Assembly (NCBI RefSeq): GCF_018350175.1
Contig: NC_058373.1
Span: 112,842,001 to 112,906,000 of the forward strand
Direction: 5' to 3'
Source: Felis catus
Taxonomy: Eukaryota
Length of the DNA stretch: 64,000 nt
A program made the position numbers and the translations under genes. The stretch's first letter is position 1. Every line of letters starts with the position of its first letter. Below the pieces are notes generated by a model. That model did not search any database and was not told the DNA's origin. It saw only the letters and a program-made list of their open reading frames with translations. Shown here one piece after another: positions 13,343-28,013 of this stretch.

Positions 13343-13557
13343 GGGGCGCCTGGGTGGCTCAGTCGGTTGAGCGTCCGACTTCAGCTCAGGTCACGATCTC
13401 GCGGTCCGTGAGTTCGAGCCCCGTGTCAGACTCTGGGCTGATGGCTCAGAGCCTGGAGCCTGCTTCAGATTCTGTGTCTCCCTCTCTCTCTGCCCCTCCC
13501 CCGTTCATGCTCTGTCTCTCTCTGTCTCAAAAATAAATAAATGTTAAAAAAAAATTT
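13343..13557 (+). mobile_element. Felid CAN-SINE
   Basis: Full body. TSD about aaaaaggaaggt on both sides. Confidence 0.95.
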
Positions 13558-14104
13558 AAAAAGGAAGGTGGAAGTGGGAACAATGTCAGGATCTAGCACT
13601 GAAGTATTATGAATCAGTTGTATAATACATTTGCTTTTAGGATTTGATTTATATTACTTTTATCACTTCCTTCAAATTAAATTCTACAGTTACAAAAAAG
13701 AAAAATAACTTACTAACAGAAAAGTCTGAATATAGAGGGGCGGAGTTCTAAGCCTCTCCAGAAATCCTTGGAATCCATGCATGTTTTGCTAATGGCATAT
13801 TGTGGCTTGCTTACTTAGTTACAAGCTTTAGGATCACATGCCAGCAGACCTCCACTTCTGCTCCTTCCCACCCAAGCTTATAGAATTCATCTTGAAAATG
13901 GCACCTTTTTTCACCTGTCTCTTTAATAGATATTTTGAAATAAATATCAGCAAGTTAGATCAATCATTATTTTTGTCTTTATAAGAAATAGTGAGCCTTC
14001 GTGATAATATAAAATCAGGATTTCTGTTGTACTTCACTAGTTTTTATTCCTTACATTTTCTCTAAGTCTGAATTTGTCTATATTCAGTTCAGTCTTAGAG
14101 TGCC

Positions 14105-14262
14105 CTGCTCCTCAAAAAGGTAGTTCAGGAATGAGCACTAATCGCATCAGCTTGTTAGAAATGTAGAACCTCAAGCCCTGTCCCAGACCTACTAAATCAG
14201 AAATCTGTATTCTAACAAGATCTGCAGGTGATTTGTGCACACTTGAAGGGTTGAGAAGCACT
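14105..14262. mobile_element. MER5A-like hAT DNA transposon relic
   Basis: cttgttagaaatg…cccagacctactaaatcagaaatctg…ttctaacaag…caggtgatt…ttgagaagcact. Confidence 0.75.
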
Positions 14263-15022
14263 CTTATAAAAGAAATAATAAAAGCAACTGCTCTCTTGCC
14301 ACCAAGAACCTTCTATAATGTGGTTTGACTGAGCCTTCTTTAGCTAGCAATATAGAGACATGTTTCCCAGATAGAAATTTTCAGGGCAAGGTGAAGAACA
14401 TAGTTTAAGGGAGCACGTATTCTCTGCACAGTCAGTGCCCCTTTCCTGCAGCTTAGAATCATTTAAAGGCTCTTTCAGTTGTTGGCCTTCTTAACACTCT
14501 ATTGCAGGCTCATTATTCAGTGACATTTATTTGGAGCATTTGTGTACAACATTGATATAAGGCATTTTCAGTGTAGGTGTATTTGCACATGTGGAGGAAC
14601 AGAAGACAGGAAGAAAGTTGAAGAGCAGAGGGTTTTGAAAAAGAAATAAAAGAAGTGATCCCTGTCTCTTAGAAGCTCATAATCTCACTGAAGAAATAAA
14701 GTATACACATTTATGAAATTATTCAATAAAATTTTGAAAACATAATTCTAATATGTACAAATCAGTTTACAAACTTTCCCCCTAAGTATTATGGAAATGC
14801 CAAATTCATTTCTTTATTCTTTTAACAAATATTTATTGAAAATCGATGATGAGCTAGGCACTATGCTAGACAGAATAGCAACATAATCTAAGTTATTATA
14901 TAAAATTAAGCAGAGCAGTCTTTTTAAACATTCTAAATAGATGGTGCACATTGACTCACATTTGAAAAATGTAAAAATGGACCAGCAGAAAATGGAAGGC
15001 ATCCAAAATACAGAAGTTTGGA

Positions 15023-15078
15023 TTTTTTTTTTTTTGAGAGAGAGCGTGCACGTGCCAACTGAGCCACCCAGGTGCCCC
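15023..15078 (-). mobile_element. Internally deleted CAN-SINE (head and tail only)
   Basis: T run plus gagagagag joined to caactgagccacccaggtgcccc. TSD ccaaaatacag(a/c)a(g/t)ttt on both sides. Confidence 0.8.
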
Positions 15079-15164
15079 CAAAATACAGCATTTTGTGTTG
15101 AAAAATATTATTTATTTGTTCATTTATGCATGCATCTTTCTAAAAATATTTTTAGAATCCATAC

Positions 15165-15560
15165 TTGTTCATTTATTGAACATTTTTAGTACTTCGCATA
15201 TTGAAAATTTATTGAATACCTATTATGCAGCAAGTGCTAGGGATTCCCCTGAGACAAATAAGCAAATAACTGCAAATAATTAGGAAGCCATAAATTAGAG
15301 TTATTTAGGGAATACACTGGGGAAACAAAAGAGAAAGTAGCTGACTCTTGAAGGAAGAGGAGTCAAATATGATTTCATAGAGAAGGTGACACTTGAGCTG
15401 AGTCTTAAAGACTAAGAAGTCTTTAATCAGAAAGCACAGGTAGGAAAAGGACACTCCAAGCAATGGAAGTAGCATGTATTAATGGAGTTAAAGTAGGAGT
15501 CATCTTGGTACTCTCAGGGAGCTACAATTCTAGAAATTGAGAGTGGCTAGAGTGTAAGAT
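15165..15560 (-). mobile_element. L2 relic
   Basis: atttattgaatacctattatg…gtgctaggg and gagaaggtgacacttgagctgagtcttaaag motifs. Confidence 0.65.
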
Positions 15561-15641
15561 CTAAGGAGGGTATGAACCAGAGACCTTTGCACACAGGTGA
15601 AGATCTTTAGGTGGAGCATTTCCACTCATTTCCCCCTCCCC

Positions 15642-15686
<45 letters not shown>

Positions 15687-16097
15687 CTTCTGCCTACCTT
15701 TCACTCATCCTTCATATTCACACCAGAAATCCTTTTATCAGGGTGGCTTTCCCTGACTCTCTCGTATAGCTCACTTTCATTGCATGCTCTCATAAAATCA
15801 TGTTCCTTTCCTTTAGAATGATTTTCTTAATTTGCATTTATACATTTATTAATGTGACTATCTGATTAGTATCTATCTCCTCCATTACATCAGTGGTTTT
15901 AACTACACCCATAGAAAGACACATATTAAATACATTATGCACAAATATATAACATATGTAACATACAATGCATATAAATGTACATATGCACACATATATA
16001 AACAAAATTGTGTTTCATGAAACAATATGATTCATCTTACCATGTGCAATGAAGTATATTTCTATTCATTCTGATTTTTAAAATTATTTACAAATGT

Positions 16098-16294
16098 GGG
16101 CACCTGGATGGCTCAATCAGCTAAGCGTCTGACTTCAGCTCAGGTCATGATCTCACAGCTTGTGAGTTCGAGCCCCACATTAGGCTCTATGCTCTCAGCG
16201 CAGAACCTGCTTCAGTTCCTGTCTCCCCCTCTCTCTGCCCCACTCCAGCTTATGCTTTCTCTCTCTCTCAAAAATAAATAAAAACATCAAAAAG
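16098..16294 (+). mobile_element. CAN-SINE
   Basis: SINE body. TSD attatttacaa at 16083-16093 and 16295-16305. Confidence 0.92.
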
Positions 16295-17424
16295 ATTATT
16301 TACAAGTTTATTTTACAGCCCACCTCCACATTTGATTTGAACATTGCCGTAAATTGGCATTGCATTAGAATAGAAGCCATGTCTGGTGTTACTCCATTCT
16401 GTTCCACCACCTAATATGACACTTAGGGCATAGAATATACTCAGTAGTAATTCAATGAATGAATGAAAGGAATAAATGGCTTTAAAATATATTATTTTTA
16501 AAGTATGATTATCCCGATGTTTTCAACAAGAAAACTGAAGTTTAGAGAAAGGCTTAATAATTTGCTGAAAGTCCTGAGGCTAATAATAGGCAGAACTAGG
16601 ATTCAGATGCAGCTTTGTTTTACTCTAAAACACCATTAACTTCCCCTTGTGAAAGAGGGAAAAAGAGAAAATGTCTAGGTTGCTTATGATAGGTTGCAAG
16701 CTAGGAATATCTCTAGTAGAAAAATACTTTAAAATAAATTTATTCACCCTTGAGATGTAGTTAGTGTGGAATTCTGAAAGATAATTGACTTTTTAATTTT
16801 CTTTAATAAGAAAATCAAAATTCACTTTAAGATACTGTAAAAATAAATGAGGGGATAGATGAAATAAGATTGCTAAAATGATAATTGTGGAAGCAATGAT
16901 TCTATGTCTGTTTTATGTCTATTTTAAATTGTTCATTTAAAAAAATTTTTAAACACAAAAGCAGTATAAGAATAGCATTGCAGAAAAGCTGTTCGTGTTT
17001 TTCAAATGGACACTGAAAATACAATAGGATTCTAAAAAGCACAAGAAAGCCAAGAGTTTATTAACTAAGATAGTCTATAAAGCACAAGATACAACATCTA
17101 CTACATTAAGAAAAAGTTAATTCTTGTTCCTCTCTACATCAGGTTAACCAAAGCCATGCCAAAAAAAAAAAAAGTGACTCATTATAAACAGTATTATATA
17201 TAAGCCTTTAGAAAAATACCACTTTGTAGTCACATAAAAAAAGTGAATTTCATATGTCCTTTTTAAAAGAAATACTTTTCATTATTAGCATGATTGCAAA
17301 TATAATTAAAACATTCATATAGGGAGTGTTAACTTTTTTGTGTGTCAGCAAATGTAATGCAGAACTGCCTATATATCATGATTTAGAAATAGCATTTTGG
17401 CACATTATTAAAAAAAAAAACTGT

Positions 17425-17590
17425 GGGGTGCCTGGGTGGCCCAGTCAGTTAAGCATCTGACTCTTGGTTTCAGCTCAGGTCATGATCTCATGGTTTGTGA
17501 GTGCAAGTCCTGCATCAGGCCCCATGCTGAGAGCAGACCTTGCTAGGGATTCTCTCTCTCCCTCTCACTCTTTCTGCCCCTCCCATGTGT

Positions 17591-17653
<63 letters not shown>

Positions 17654-17684
17654 TTCTCAAAATAAATAAATAAACTTTAAAAAA
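17425..17684 (+). mobile_element. CAN-SINE with expanded (CT)n
   Basis: SINE head, long (CT)n, aataaa tail. Confidence 0.92.
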
Positions 17685-18323
17685 TTACTATATTGGGAAT
17701 TAAGGGACTGTGATTTAGTCCTGGCTCTACCACTAACCAAAACTTGTTCAACCTAAGTCTCTTCATTCTGTGACTCATTTCCTTCAAATGTTAGATGAAA
17801 AAAAAGAATATATGTTCTTTCTACTTGGCTGGATTACTATGAAAATCAGACCAAGTGATAAATAAGAAAATAAGAAATAGTTTAAAATTTTTAGAAAATG
17901 GAGAAATAGGAATGTAAATAGTAATATATCTGTATAGATAGGTGTATCCACTAATGTACACATACATCACACATACACACCTATAGAAAAGGTGGTATTT
18001 ATTTAGGAGGATAGGCTAGAAGAAATAGTTCTATTCAAAAAGCACAAATATGGAAATTATGGAGCAACAGGGTGACCATCTCCCATGACATCAAGAAAGG
18101 ACATGATTAGGATCACTTCTACTGGTACTTGTGAGTGGTGGATACCAAAGATCAAACCAGTAGTAACAAAGATATTGTCTGGTCTAGGAGATCAGAAAAA
18201 TATTATACTTTCCTGAAGCCTTATCTGATCATTTGAGTCAAATTTTAGAATTCCAACACTAGGCCCTTATTCCTTGCTTTAGGACAATTTTGATGTTTGT
18301 TCTTGGTTCTGTTCACCTAACAG

Positions 18324-18379
18324 CTGCCGATGGCCCAGGAGATCGTTTCATCATTGGGGAATCCCAAGCTGGTGAACAG
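18324..18379 (+). CDS. GPHN: Gephyrin coding exon, 56 nt, phase 1-0: (A)ADGPGDRFIIGESQAGEQ
   Basis: Acceptor cctaacag|CT, donor CAG|gtgaga. Fills the gap between YAVR and PTQTVMPG. Not in the ORF track. Confidence 0.97.
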
Positions 18380-20104
18380 GTGAGATTCACAGGTCTGAAA
18401 AGCCCTGAAGATTTCAGTTTCATGGACTTTTAGCATCGAATTTTAAGCTACCATCATTGTAATGGAAATCTTAGATGTGGATTAGACAGGGTATCAAAGA
18501 AGTTAAAGGATGGTTCCCATGAGAAAGAGACAAAAGAATTATTTTTTAACTGAAAGAATCTGCGTCTGTTACTCTGTGTCTAGTATATATTGTTGGTATG
18601 TTTCACCGACATGCCCCACATTTTCCAGTCCTGTGATTGGATAATTCTTCCTGTATAAGCATTAATGTTGTGAATAGAACTACAGTTTCTAGGTGATCTT
18701 CTTAGACTTTTCTCCAACTTGTGTTACCAACAAGGAAAATTAGAAGCAGCAAATTATTTAACCTCTCTACCTAATCATTTAAATTAGTTTTTCTCATTAG
18801 GGAGCTAGCCAGTGCACAGGTATACGTGTATGTCTTTTAAGAAAAGGAAGCACTAATGGGTCATAATGAATTACAATAGAAGTGCTCTATTTAATGCTTC
18901 TGAGACCAGTAATTGACCATTTAATTGGAAATAAGTGGAAAATGATTGTATATTTTTAAATAAACATAAATTTAACTGAAATAAATGAACATTTACTTGT
19001 CAATAATTTGATGGAAGGCCAAGACTTTTCTTTTAATACGTATCTGCTATTTGAATTTGTCTCTGGTCTTTCTTACATAAATCACACCCCAAAGTACTCT
19101 ATGTGATTTCCAATTTTGATCTTTAAAATGGAAAAAAATTCAAGGACATTTGCAAGTTATCTAAGTATAGAATCCTTTTAGGTTTTTATTATATTTTTAC
19201 AATTTTTAAAAGCTACTTCACCCACACCTAATCTGACAGTTGTTTTTAAGCAAAAATTTTTAATTGAGTTTTAACAGAGGTTTAACTTAATTTTTATAGG
19301 AAAAAACTCTTTTCACACTCATATATCATTGATTTGCATAATATTTCATTAAACTACATATTTCAGTAGCAACTACTGCCACAAACTGGCACAAACAAGT
19401 ATGGGAAGAAACTCATTTGAACTGTAAAGCAGTAGTTTACAATTATACAAGAGTCGAACAGCCTCAAACTTAAATAGTGCTGTAAGCATCATTATGTTTA
19501 AGAGGAAATAGAGAGCATATGTTAATCTAGTGAGTTTCTGAGGTTGGTTAAAAGAGTTCCTACCTTATTAAATAGAACCAGAAGAAGACCAATGTACTTT
19601 TTTCCTCTACTACTACCAAGCAGTTATAAGGACTATATAAAAATAAAGGAGGAAATGAATGGATGAATGAATGAATGAGTGAATATGGCAGTTTGGACAA
19701 AAGCTATGTTTCATGCCTTTTCTTCCTTTGCCTATTATGTGCTCCCGTATGTACTGAAAATAGGGAGAAATTGAGGAAATATATAGGAGAAGGATGGTAC
19801 CAGTGGTGATGACCCTAGCCTCCTCATCCCTACATTCAAGCATTGAGGAGAAATGTGTATAGACCTCTGAAGCCAAGCCTGGCACTATAGTGATTAGAAG
19901 CTGTACACAGCCTGGTTTCAGTCCCCATGACTGTTTTCCTGGCAAAAAGAACAGTTAGGCCTGGATCCCTTTTTTATAAATGACTGTTATTGTGACCTCA
20001 GAATTTGACTTCGATATATATTTTATTCAGTGTTGGGTGTCTAAAGCATCCACTTTTATAACAAAGGCACAAAGTACCAATTATTCTAGGTCTCTGATCT
20101 TCAA

Positions 20105-20500
20105 TTGAGTCTATTCAACATTTATCAAACATACCTACTATGTATACCAAGCACTGTGTTAGGTTCTAGGTATATGAGGTAGATTAAGATATGATTGCTA
20201 CTCTTAAGGAGTTTACATCCAGGGAGGAGACAGAATATAAATTAAATACAATATAATATGTTAAGTGCTAAACTAATGCTATCAGTCATGTACTGTGGAG
20301 CATAATAGAGAAGTTGAGCATTTCATCCTGGGAGGATTAAGAAAATAACATTGGAGCTGGACCTAAGAGAGTTTTTCAAAAACGGAAATGAGAAAAGGAC
20401 ATTCCAGGACAAGAGAATAGTATAAATCAAGACACAGAGGTATTTTTAAAAATTGCATGGAGTGCTTAGGGAACTACAAATAGTTTGTGGTAGTCACAGC
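20105..20500 (-). mobile_element. L2 relic
   Basis: attcaacatttatcaaac…cctactatgt…ccaagcactgtgttagg…ggacattccagg motifs. Confidence 0.6.
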
Positions 20501-21919
20501 CTAGTATAAATACATAGGTAATAAATACATAGGTAACAGATTAATAAGGGTCTTGCGGACATCTTAAACTTTATTTACTAGTTAAGACTTCCAACTGGTA
20601 CTAGAGAACTAGGAACACATGAAAAGTCATGGGACTTAAAAGTTGCTAACTTCTTGTAAGGTTGATGGAAAAAAAGATGAAAACTATGAGAAAGTGGGGT
20701 TTTTCTTCAAATTACCTGTGATGTCCTTTATCTATAACTAAGGTGTTATACAAACTTTGTAGCAATCTCAGAGATCTTATAAGAGCCAAATTACTTTTTG
20801 AAAGTACGTACACTTGAGAATTGGGTGGCATTGCATACAAAGAGACAGTGATTTACAAAATTCTTTCTTGGTGTACCAAAATACTTGACCTTAAATCAAA
20901 ATTATAGTTTGTTTTGGTCCTACTGATTAGCATTAGATACTTTCAAAGAAAATATTACATGATTATGAAGTGCTGTCATTGGGCAAATCTCAAAAAACTC
21001 AATACCTCCATTAAGGAAAAATTGGGGTTTTAACATTTTTACTTTATATAAAACATAAGACATACCAATACAAATAAAGAGCAAGTTACTTTTAAAGAAT
21101 TGTTAATCTTAACAATCTAAAGGAAGTACTTCACATATTCCTGGAGTTTTTCAACCAATTAGATTCAATTGAGTTTTGTATGTCTACTCTAGGTGGTTAT
21201 ATAAAAATATTTATATACCCAATAATATGTTTTACATTGGATCTCATATCAGTGAGCTGGTAGGAAGTCTTCACTAATCTTAGAGAGGAGCCAAATTTTT
21301 TATTTAATAACCACCCAGAAACACCTCTTAAGAGGTGGCTCCTTGGTTTAAGCCAAGAAGTAGAGAAAATTACAGTTACAATCACAATAAAAGTTAAAGT
21401 AAATTTACAGAATATGGTACATTGAGCCTGAATAAATTAAGGCAGGGATTCATGCTAACACATTACAGCCTAAGAAGCAACTGCCCTGAAACTCACTTTA
21501 GGATTCACTTTCTACCTTCACCAAAAAGGCAATTTCAGCAAAAGGAAGACCTGGTTAGGCCTGTATTAAATATCTTTGTTCCCCAGGCTTTTAAGATAGT
21601 TTTAGCATTAGTATATGTCATATCAAAACTTTAATGCTTTTAATCAAAAATCATTGCACTGCAAAATGGTCATATGTAGTAGATTAAGAGATGTCCCAGA
21701 CAATAAATAATATTGAATTTATTGAATATGGGAAATAATATTGAATATGGGAGAAAAGCACAGAGAACACTGGAGTTATAAGCCAAGAAGGATGGAATAC
21801 TTCATGTAGTTGTTAGCTACTGAGATCATACGGAGTTCATTCATTCATTCTAGAAATATTTATTCATAACCAACTTTGTGCTAGACACTTTCTAGGGTTT
21901 GGTATGATAGAGCAGTAAA

Positions 21920-22350
21920 TATTTGTGTAAAATGGGTGATTAATGGGACTATACCCAAGAAATAGAAGTTAAAGGAAACAAAGGAATGTTAAGCACCTGG
22001 GTGCTACAACAGTGACACTCCATTACCAACCACCTCTAAGTCTGAAGAGGCAAAGAGAAAGAGTGGTGCCTGGATCAAGGGAGATTGATGGCTACGGGAT
22101 AGGGCCACCCACTAGAAGCTGTAGCCGTCAATAGTAAAGACAATATAGCCATCACCAAACTGCAGCCCAGCAGGGAAAGAGCAAGGGGAATAAAAACCCT
22201 ACTTTTCTCTTTCTCCTACCCTCTAATCTCTTGTTGTCCACTCCTATTGGCTGAACCTAACCAGAAGCGAGAGTGATGAGAACCTGGTTGAAATAGTCCA
22301 TAGAGGTCAGCCTTCTGGGCCATTGCACAAGATCAAGAAGGATGATGTAA
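21920..22350. mobile_element. MLT1-like (MaLR) LTR relic inside an L2 fragment
   Basis: ctattggctgaacctaaccagaagc…agtccatagaggtcagcct motif. L2-like sequence on both sides (about 21835-21915 and 22370-22405). Confidence 0.55.
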
Positions 22351-22589
22351 TCAGAGAGGCAAACAAAAAATAAATTCCTGTCTTTGTAGGATTTATATTC
22401 TAGAATGTAATAATGCGCTTAACACTGTACTTTGCATAGATTGAAAGGTTTGATAATTTTAGCTATTGGTGGTATTGTTTGCAGCAATAATATTCTTGAA
22501 AGATTTATAAGACTGTTCTAATAAGTAAATTTCTGGCTTTACTTTGTACATCCAGTAGAGGGATATTTTCCCTTAACCATTCCCTAATT

Positions 22590-22715
22590 TTTTTTTAATG
22601 TGGTAGAAAATATGTATAGAAACGTGTTAGAAATATGTATAAATAAAATGTACCATTGTAACCACTTTTAAGTGTACAGTTCAGTAGTGTTCAGAATATT
22701 CACATTGTTGTGACC
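22590..22715 (-). mobile_element. Short L1MA/MB-like 3' end
   Basis: T run followed by accactttaagtgtacagttcagtagtgtt…atattcacattgttgtg-like sequence. Confidence 0.7.
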
Positions 22716-23527
22716 TAAGATTTTAAGTGTTTATGAAGCAGATATCTTTAGAAAAATCTCTTTCTTATTGAGAAGTTAACATCATGTCAGAATTTTCTTT
22801 TAGGGGAAATTTGAAGCATTCCTTTTCCCAACTGTGACCTAAGTCATGGCTTATGACAAGTGACTCTCCTGGGGCCAAATCAAACCTATCAAATGGATCT
22901 TATAAAAATATGCTTTTCTCTATGCTGAGAGAAGTTTGCAGGGCAAGTTCTGCAATCAATCTCTTGTACCTTCTATATGATAGTTCAAACAATGAAAATC
23001 TTGGATATAATGTGTAACCCAAATCATCACAGACAGTGAAATGATTTTTGAATTATTTAATTACATTTCCTAGACTTTTACTATTAAAAGGTGAACTAAT
23101 ATGGTTTAGAACTATTTTCAAGAGAAATAATTGAAATGATTTTTCTGGCTTGCCTTTATTAAATCAAAAAGTTTAGTTAATAACTAAATATTATTTCTTA
23201 AATATCAGAACTTCAGTAAATGACCAACATGCTAGTTTTTCATAATTGTCTTTCATAAAATCACATCACATGGCATTTTTTTTTCTTATAGACACTCAAA
23301 TCACTTACATACAAGTATTAAGAAAATTCACATTACTTACGTTAGACACAATACTGCAAATGTTAAGTGGCAGTTCTTCAAAAGGAAAACAGGATGTCAA
23401 GAAAGACATCTAATGGTCACTACCTTAAATCAAGTTAAATCCTGTTTGGTGTAAACGTACCTGTTTGTGGGTAGTTTTTGTTACATGGGATCAAAATGAG
23501 TAAGAGTATAAGATTTTCCTTTTATGA

Positions 23528-23806
<279 letters not shown>

Positions 23807-24078
23807 TAAGATTAATCCAGGCTTTTTTGGTAATGTTAGGATCTTACATTGTAGTGTATAGATCTCCAGTAAATAGAAATTGCCTTAGATTTGAAAAGCT
23901 TTTGTTACAGGAAATGTTTTTAGGATCATTACCATGATTATAACAGAATTTGAACCACATTTGATCCAAGAAATTTCACATGCAAACAAGGAAAGAAACT
24001 ACCTCAAGATAGAAGAGCAGAGATACTAACTGTTGACATACCTTATAGCTGAGAAATTTGCTCATCAAGATTAGCTTT

Positions 24079-24239
24079 GGGGCACCTGGATGGCTCAGTT
24101 GGTTAAGTGTCCAACTCTTCGTATCAGCTCAGGTCATGGTCTCATGGTTGGTGAGACTGAGCCCCACATCAGGCTCTGTGCTGTCAGATTCTTGGATTCT
24201 CTCTCCCTTTCTCTCTTTGCCCCTCCCCTGCTTATGTGT

Positions 24240-24288
<49 letters not shown>

Positions 24289-24312
24289 AAATAAATAAAC
24301 ATTAAAAAAAAA
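24079..24312 (+). mobile_element. CAN-SINE
   Basis: SINE body with (CT)n. TSD caaga(t/c)tagctt. Confidence 0.92.
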
Positions 24313-25495
24313 CAAGACTAGCTTCTGATAAAATGTGAAGGAGAATTTAATGAAAAAGAATTTAATGGAGAAATTCTTGAATATTACACTAAGCCAACCC
24401 ATTTGAACCTAATAACCCATCAACTATGGTTTTCTGTAATTCAGGAAACTCTTTGTCATCAAATGATAGCTGGAAATATTAAATATATGTCAGTGCCCCC
24501 TCTTTTGCCTACAATAAAGGACCCTGGGATTTTTTTTTTTTTTTTTTGGTCTAAGCAGGCCTTCATGCCACTGAAACTAGTGGCAATTATTAGAACCAGA
24601 GGATCAGCCACTAATAAAAGAATAGTTTCAACTGAGGTTTTAATGATTGGCTATCTTGTTTTTTGAAGAAGTTTAAGATATTTTATATCTTAAAAGGTAG
24701 AGCTAAAAATAAATAGTATTCTTCTGGGCTGGGCATATAGAAAAATTTGGGCATGCTGAGAGACAAACACTTTTCTTGATCTGGGATTTTCTTTTTAATC
24801 ACTTTCCCACATGAAAGGCTTATAAAATTCAACTCTTGGCATACAGATCACATTGCTTGCTATTAAAACTGTCCAACAGATTTATTGGCATCAGGGAAGC
24901 CAGCAGAGCATTGAAATCCAGACCATACATATCCACAAACTCTGCCACATGACAAGACACAATTCCAGTATCACAATATTATTCACAGCCCCAAAATGTA
25001 AAATTAATGATCACCATTAATTTACAGAAACCTACTGCCAGGCAAACTGTAAGCCCTTCACTGAAATTTCTCCAGATATTTGGAAAACTTGGCATAGTAT
25101 TGAACCCATGATTCATGGGAACAGAAGAAACAGGTTATTTCCACACATATTCACTGTATCTATTAGGGTAGCCATATAGGTATGTCTTTTGTTCTCTCTT
25201 GAGAATGCTGCTTACAATGTAAGATCCAATATTTTAATTGATACATTTTTTAAAAGCATGAATATTATGAAAAAAAAAGCCTTTATTTATATCTTGGCAT
25301 CAAACCTAATTTTTTAGGACCCTGTGGTAGACATTTATCATGTTCAAATGTTTAGCAAATAGTTTTCCATTTCTTTATCTTTGTATGTATCCTGGACCTA
25401 TCTGATGATAAAAGCATCTGAGTAGCTAAATTCTGTTGACCAGAAATTCTGTTAGATCGTTCTGTTTGAAATTACATGACTTGTTCTCATTATAG

Positions 25496-25554
25496 GGCAC
25501 TGAGGAACTTGAAGTACGAATTCTGGTGCAAGCTCGGCCAGGCCAAGATATCAG
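25496..25554 (+). CDS. GPHN: Gephyrin coding exon, 59 nt, phase 0-2: GTEELEVRILVQARPGQDI(R)
   Basis: Acceptor ttctcattatag|GGC, consensus donor AG|gtaagt. Not in the ORF track. Confidence 0.97.
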
Positions 25555-26563
25555 GTAAGTTCATAACATATAGAATGCATAGCCCACTTTTGTTTCTACA
25601 TGATCATGAACTTGAGAGAGTATGGCTGTTATAAACCCACAGTTCAGTTAATTAGCCATTAGCATTCAGGGATTTTAACAAGTAGTAAAATGAATTTTCT
25701 TAATTCTACATCTCATGTCTGCTCTGCCTGCTTTTTCATAAATGTGGTAAAGGCAAATGAAATAGTCAAAACAACATGTGAACAAAGTAAAGTCATGAGC
25801 CCACTTAATCCACAATTAATCCTACTTCCAGATAATCCAGAGTCACCCAACTCTACCCCTAGACAATCCAGAATTTGTTATCAACACAGGTAATCCCAGA
25901 GCTGAGTTTTTATGCAATTAGATGGTAGTCCCTCCTCTACTGACTATCAATAATAATAATCTGCTACTCTTTATATACAAAGAGGAAATTACTGTCTTAC
26001 CATAAATAGTGCATATACTTTAAATTATTTTTCTTACTTTGGAATATGTTTGCCCTGATCCTGTCAATACTAATTTGCTCAAATGTCTTCATAACAAAGC
26101 TACAATTCTCACATCCCTCTGGCAGGAAGCCAAGTTGAATGGACTTCTGCAGCCACAGACCTGGGTCAGCCTAAATTTTCCGAATAGAAATTATCTCTGT
26201 GGTAACCTCATTAGTGTTATTCTGCCTCACCTCAAAGCTAACAAGATATGGACTCTTATCATTAATGCCACTAGATATTTTCATATAAATTCTTACCTTA
26301 CATCAAAGAAAGTTTTCAGTTGGCATTTTTGGCTGTAATGTGGTACAAAGTAATTTGTAAAACAGTTTTCGAATGTGAAGTAACACTGTTTAGCAGTAAT
26401 AGATAGAAATCCTATTTCTCTCTTCTATTGCATGATTTAAGTTTTTATTAAAAAAGCCTTGAGTTTTTAGAATCTTTTATTTTATTGTTCTGTTCCTGCC
26501 TCATCTCTTGACTTTTTTCTCCTCTTGAGTGTGTCCTCCTTCTCTGACACTAAAGTTAGTTGA

Positions 26564-26788
<225 letters not shown>

Positions 26789-27805
26789 TGAGAGGGTAAT
26801 TGGGCCTTCAGATAGAACTATTTTTGACCTCTTCGTTGTAAATAGAACATTGTGGATTATAGATTTTACCACATTCCTACATTACAGGGAAATAAATTAG
26901 CTTCAGAATAATTCAAATACAGAAGAAAGAGGAGGAGTAGTAATTACATATTGAGAAATGCTCCCTTCCATTATTAGAATGAAATGTTACAACCAATGGC
27001 TTTTCCACACATTCAGTATATATAAACAAAGAATTTTGACTGCTAGCTATAGATGCTCAACTGTGCACATTTAGTGCCCAGTCTGTTAGGACAATGCATT
27101 GTGCCCACCCACCTGCCGAGATGATGGGCCACTTCTGTGTGGGAAATAATCAATGAATTGGAACACAGTGGTTAGCCCTTCTTGCTGGAAGTTCCATGTG
27201 ATTCTTAATCACCAGGAAATTAATCACCAGGAAAGATTTGATAACCTTTCTTTCTTTTTTTCTAAAGATAGCTTCTCTAGTGGCCTTCTTCTCAGAATAT
27301 GTCAAGTGTCATTTCAGCCCTGATTCAGGATGGGGAATTTAGTCAGTCTTTCTCTGAGAACTCTTGAAAAATTGCCTCTTCCATGTTTTGCTTAGGTTAT
27401 ACAAAAGTTCAGTTGGAGGATCTAGTCAAACTGGGAATATTGAAAAATGGGTGTGCTGGTAATTCAAAGCCTAAGAGCAGAATCAAAAACTACAGAGATT
27501 TATTTCGACTTTACACCTTATTATTTTTAAAAAGATTAACAGGATTTCCTTTTTCTCTCTTTTAATCTCCTAATTTTGTTCTGAAAATAAGCCATTTATT
27601 TGTACCATTGTTTTTAATTTCTTAAAGTCTTAAAAATGAATATTTTTCAAAGGTCTTTCCATTACCCTTATAGCTCTTTTGGAAAGAGCAAAAGAAAGGA
27701 ATAGAATATTTGTTTTGCTAATGGAGAGATGAATCCATATTCTACACCCTGTATAGCTGCACTGGTCATTCCCTAAAATGATTGATTGACCCAAAACAAA
27801 CATTC

Positions 27806-28013
27806 TTTTTTTTTTTTAAGTTTATTTATATTTTGAGAGAGAGAGAGGGAGTGAGTGACAGAGGGGCAGAGAGAGGGAGAGAGAGAATCCCAAGCAGGCT
27901 CCACGCTGTCAGCATGAAACCAAATGCAGGCTCAGTCTCATGAACCATGAGTTCATGACCTGAGCCAAAATCAAGAGTCAGACGCTTAACTGACTGAGCC
28001 ACCAAGGCACCCC
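27806..28013 (-). mobile_element. CAN-SINE
   Basis: Antisense SINE. TSD ccaaaacaaacattcttt. Confidence 0.93.

Noticed and set aside
20506..20535. Short direct duplications (15 bp here; also 27205-27234, about 35354-35378 and about 47327-47348)
   Set aside because: Ordinary slippage microduplications with no shared motif.
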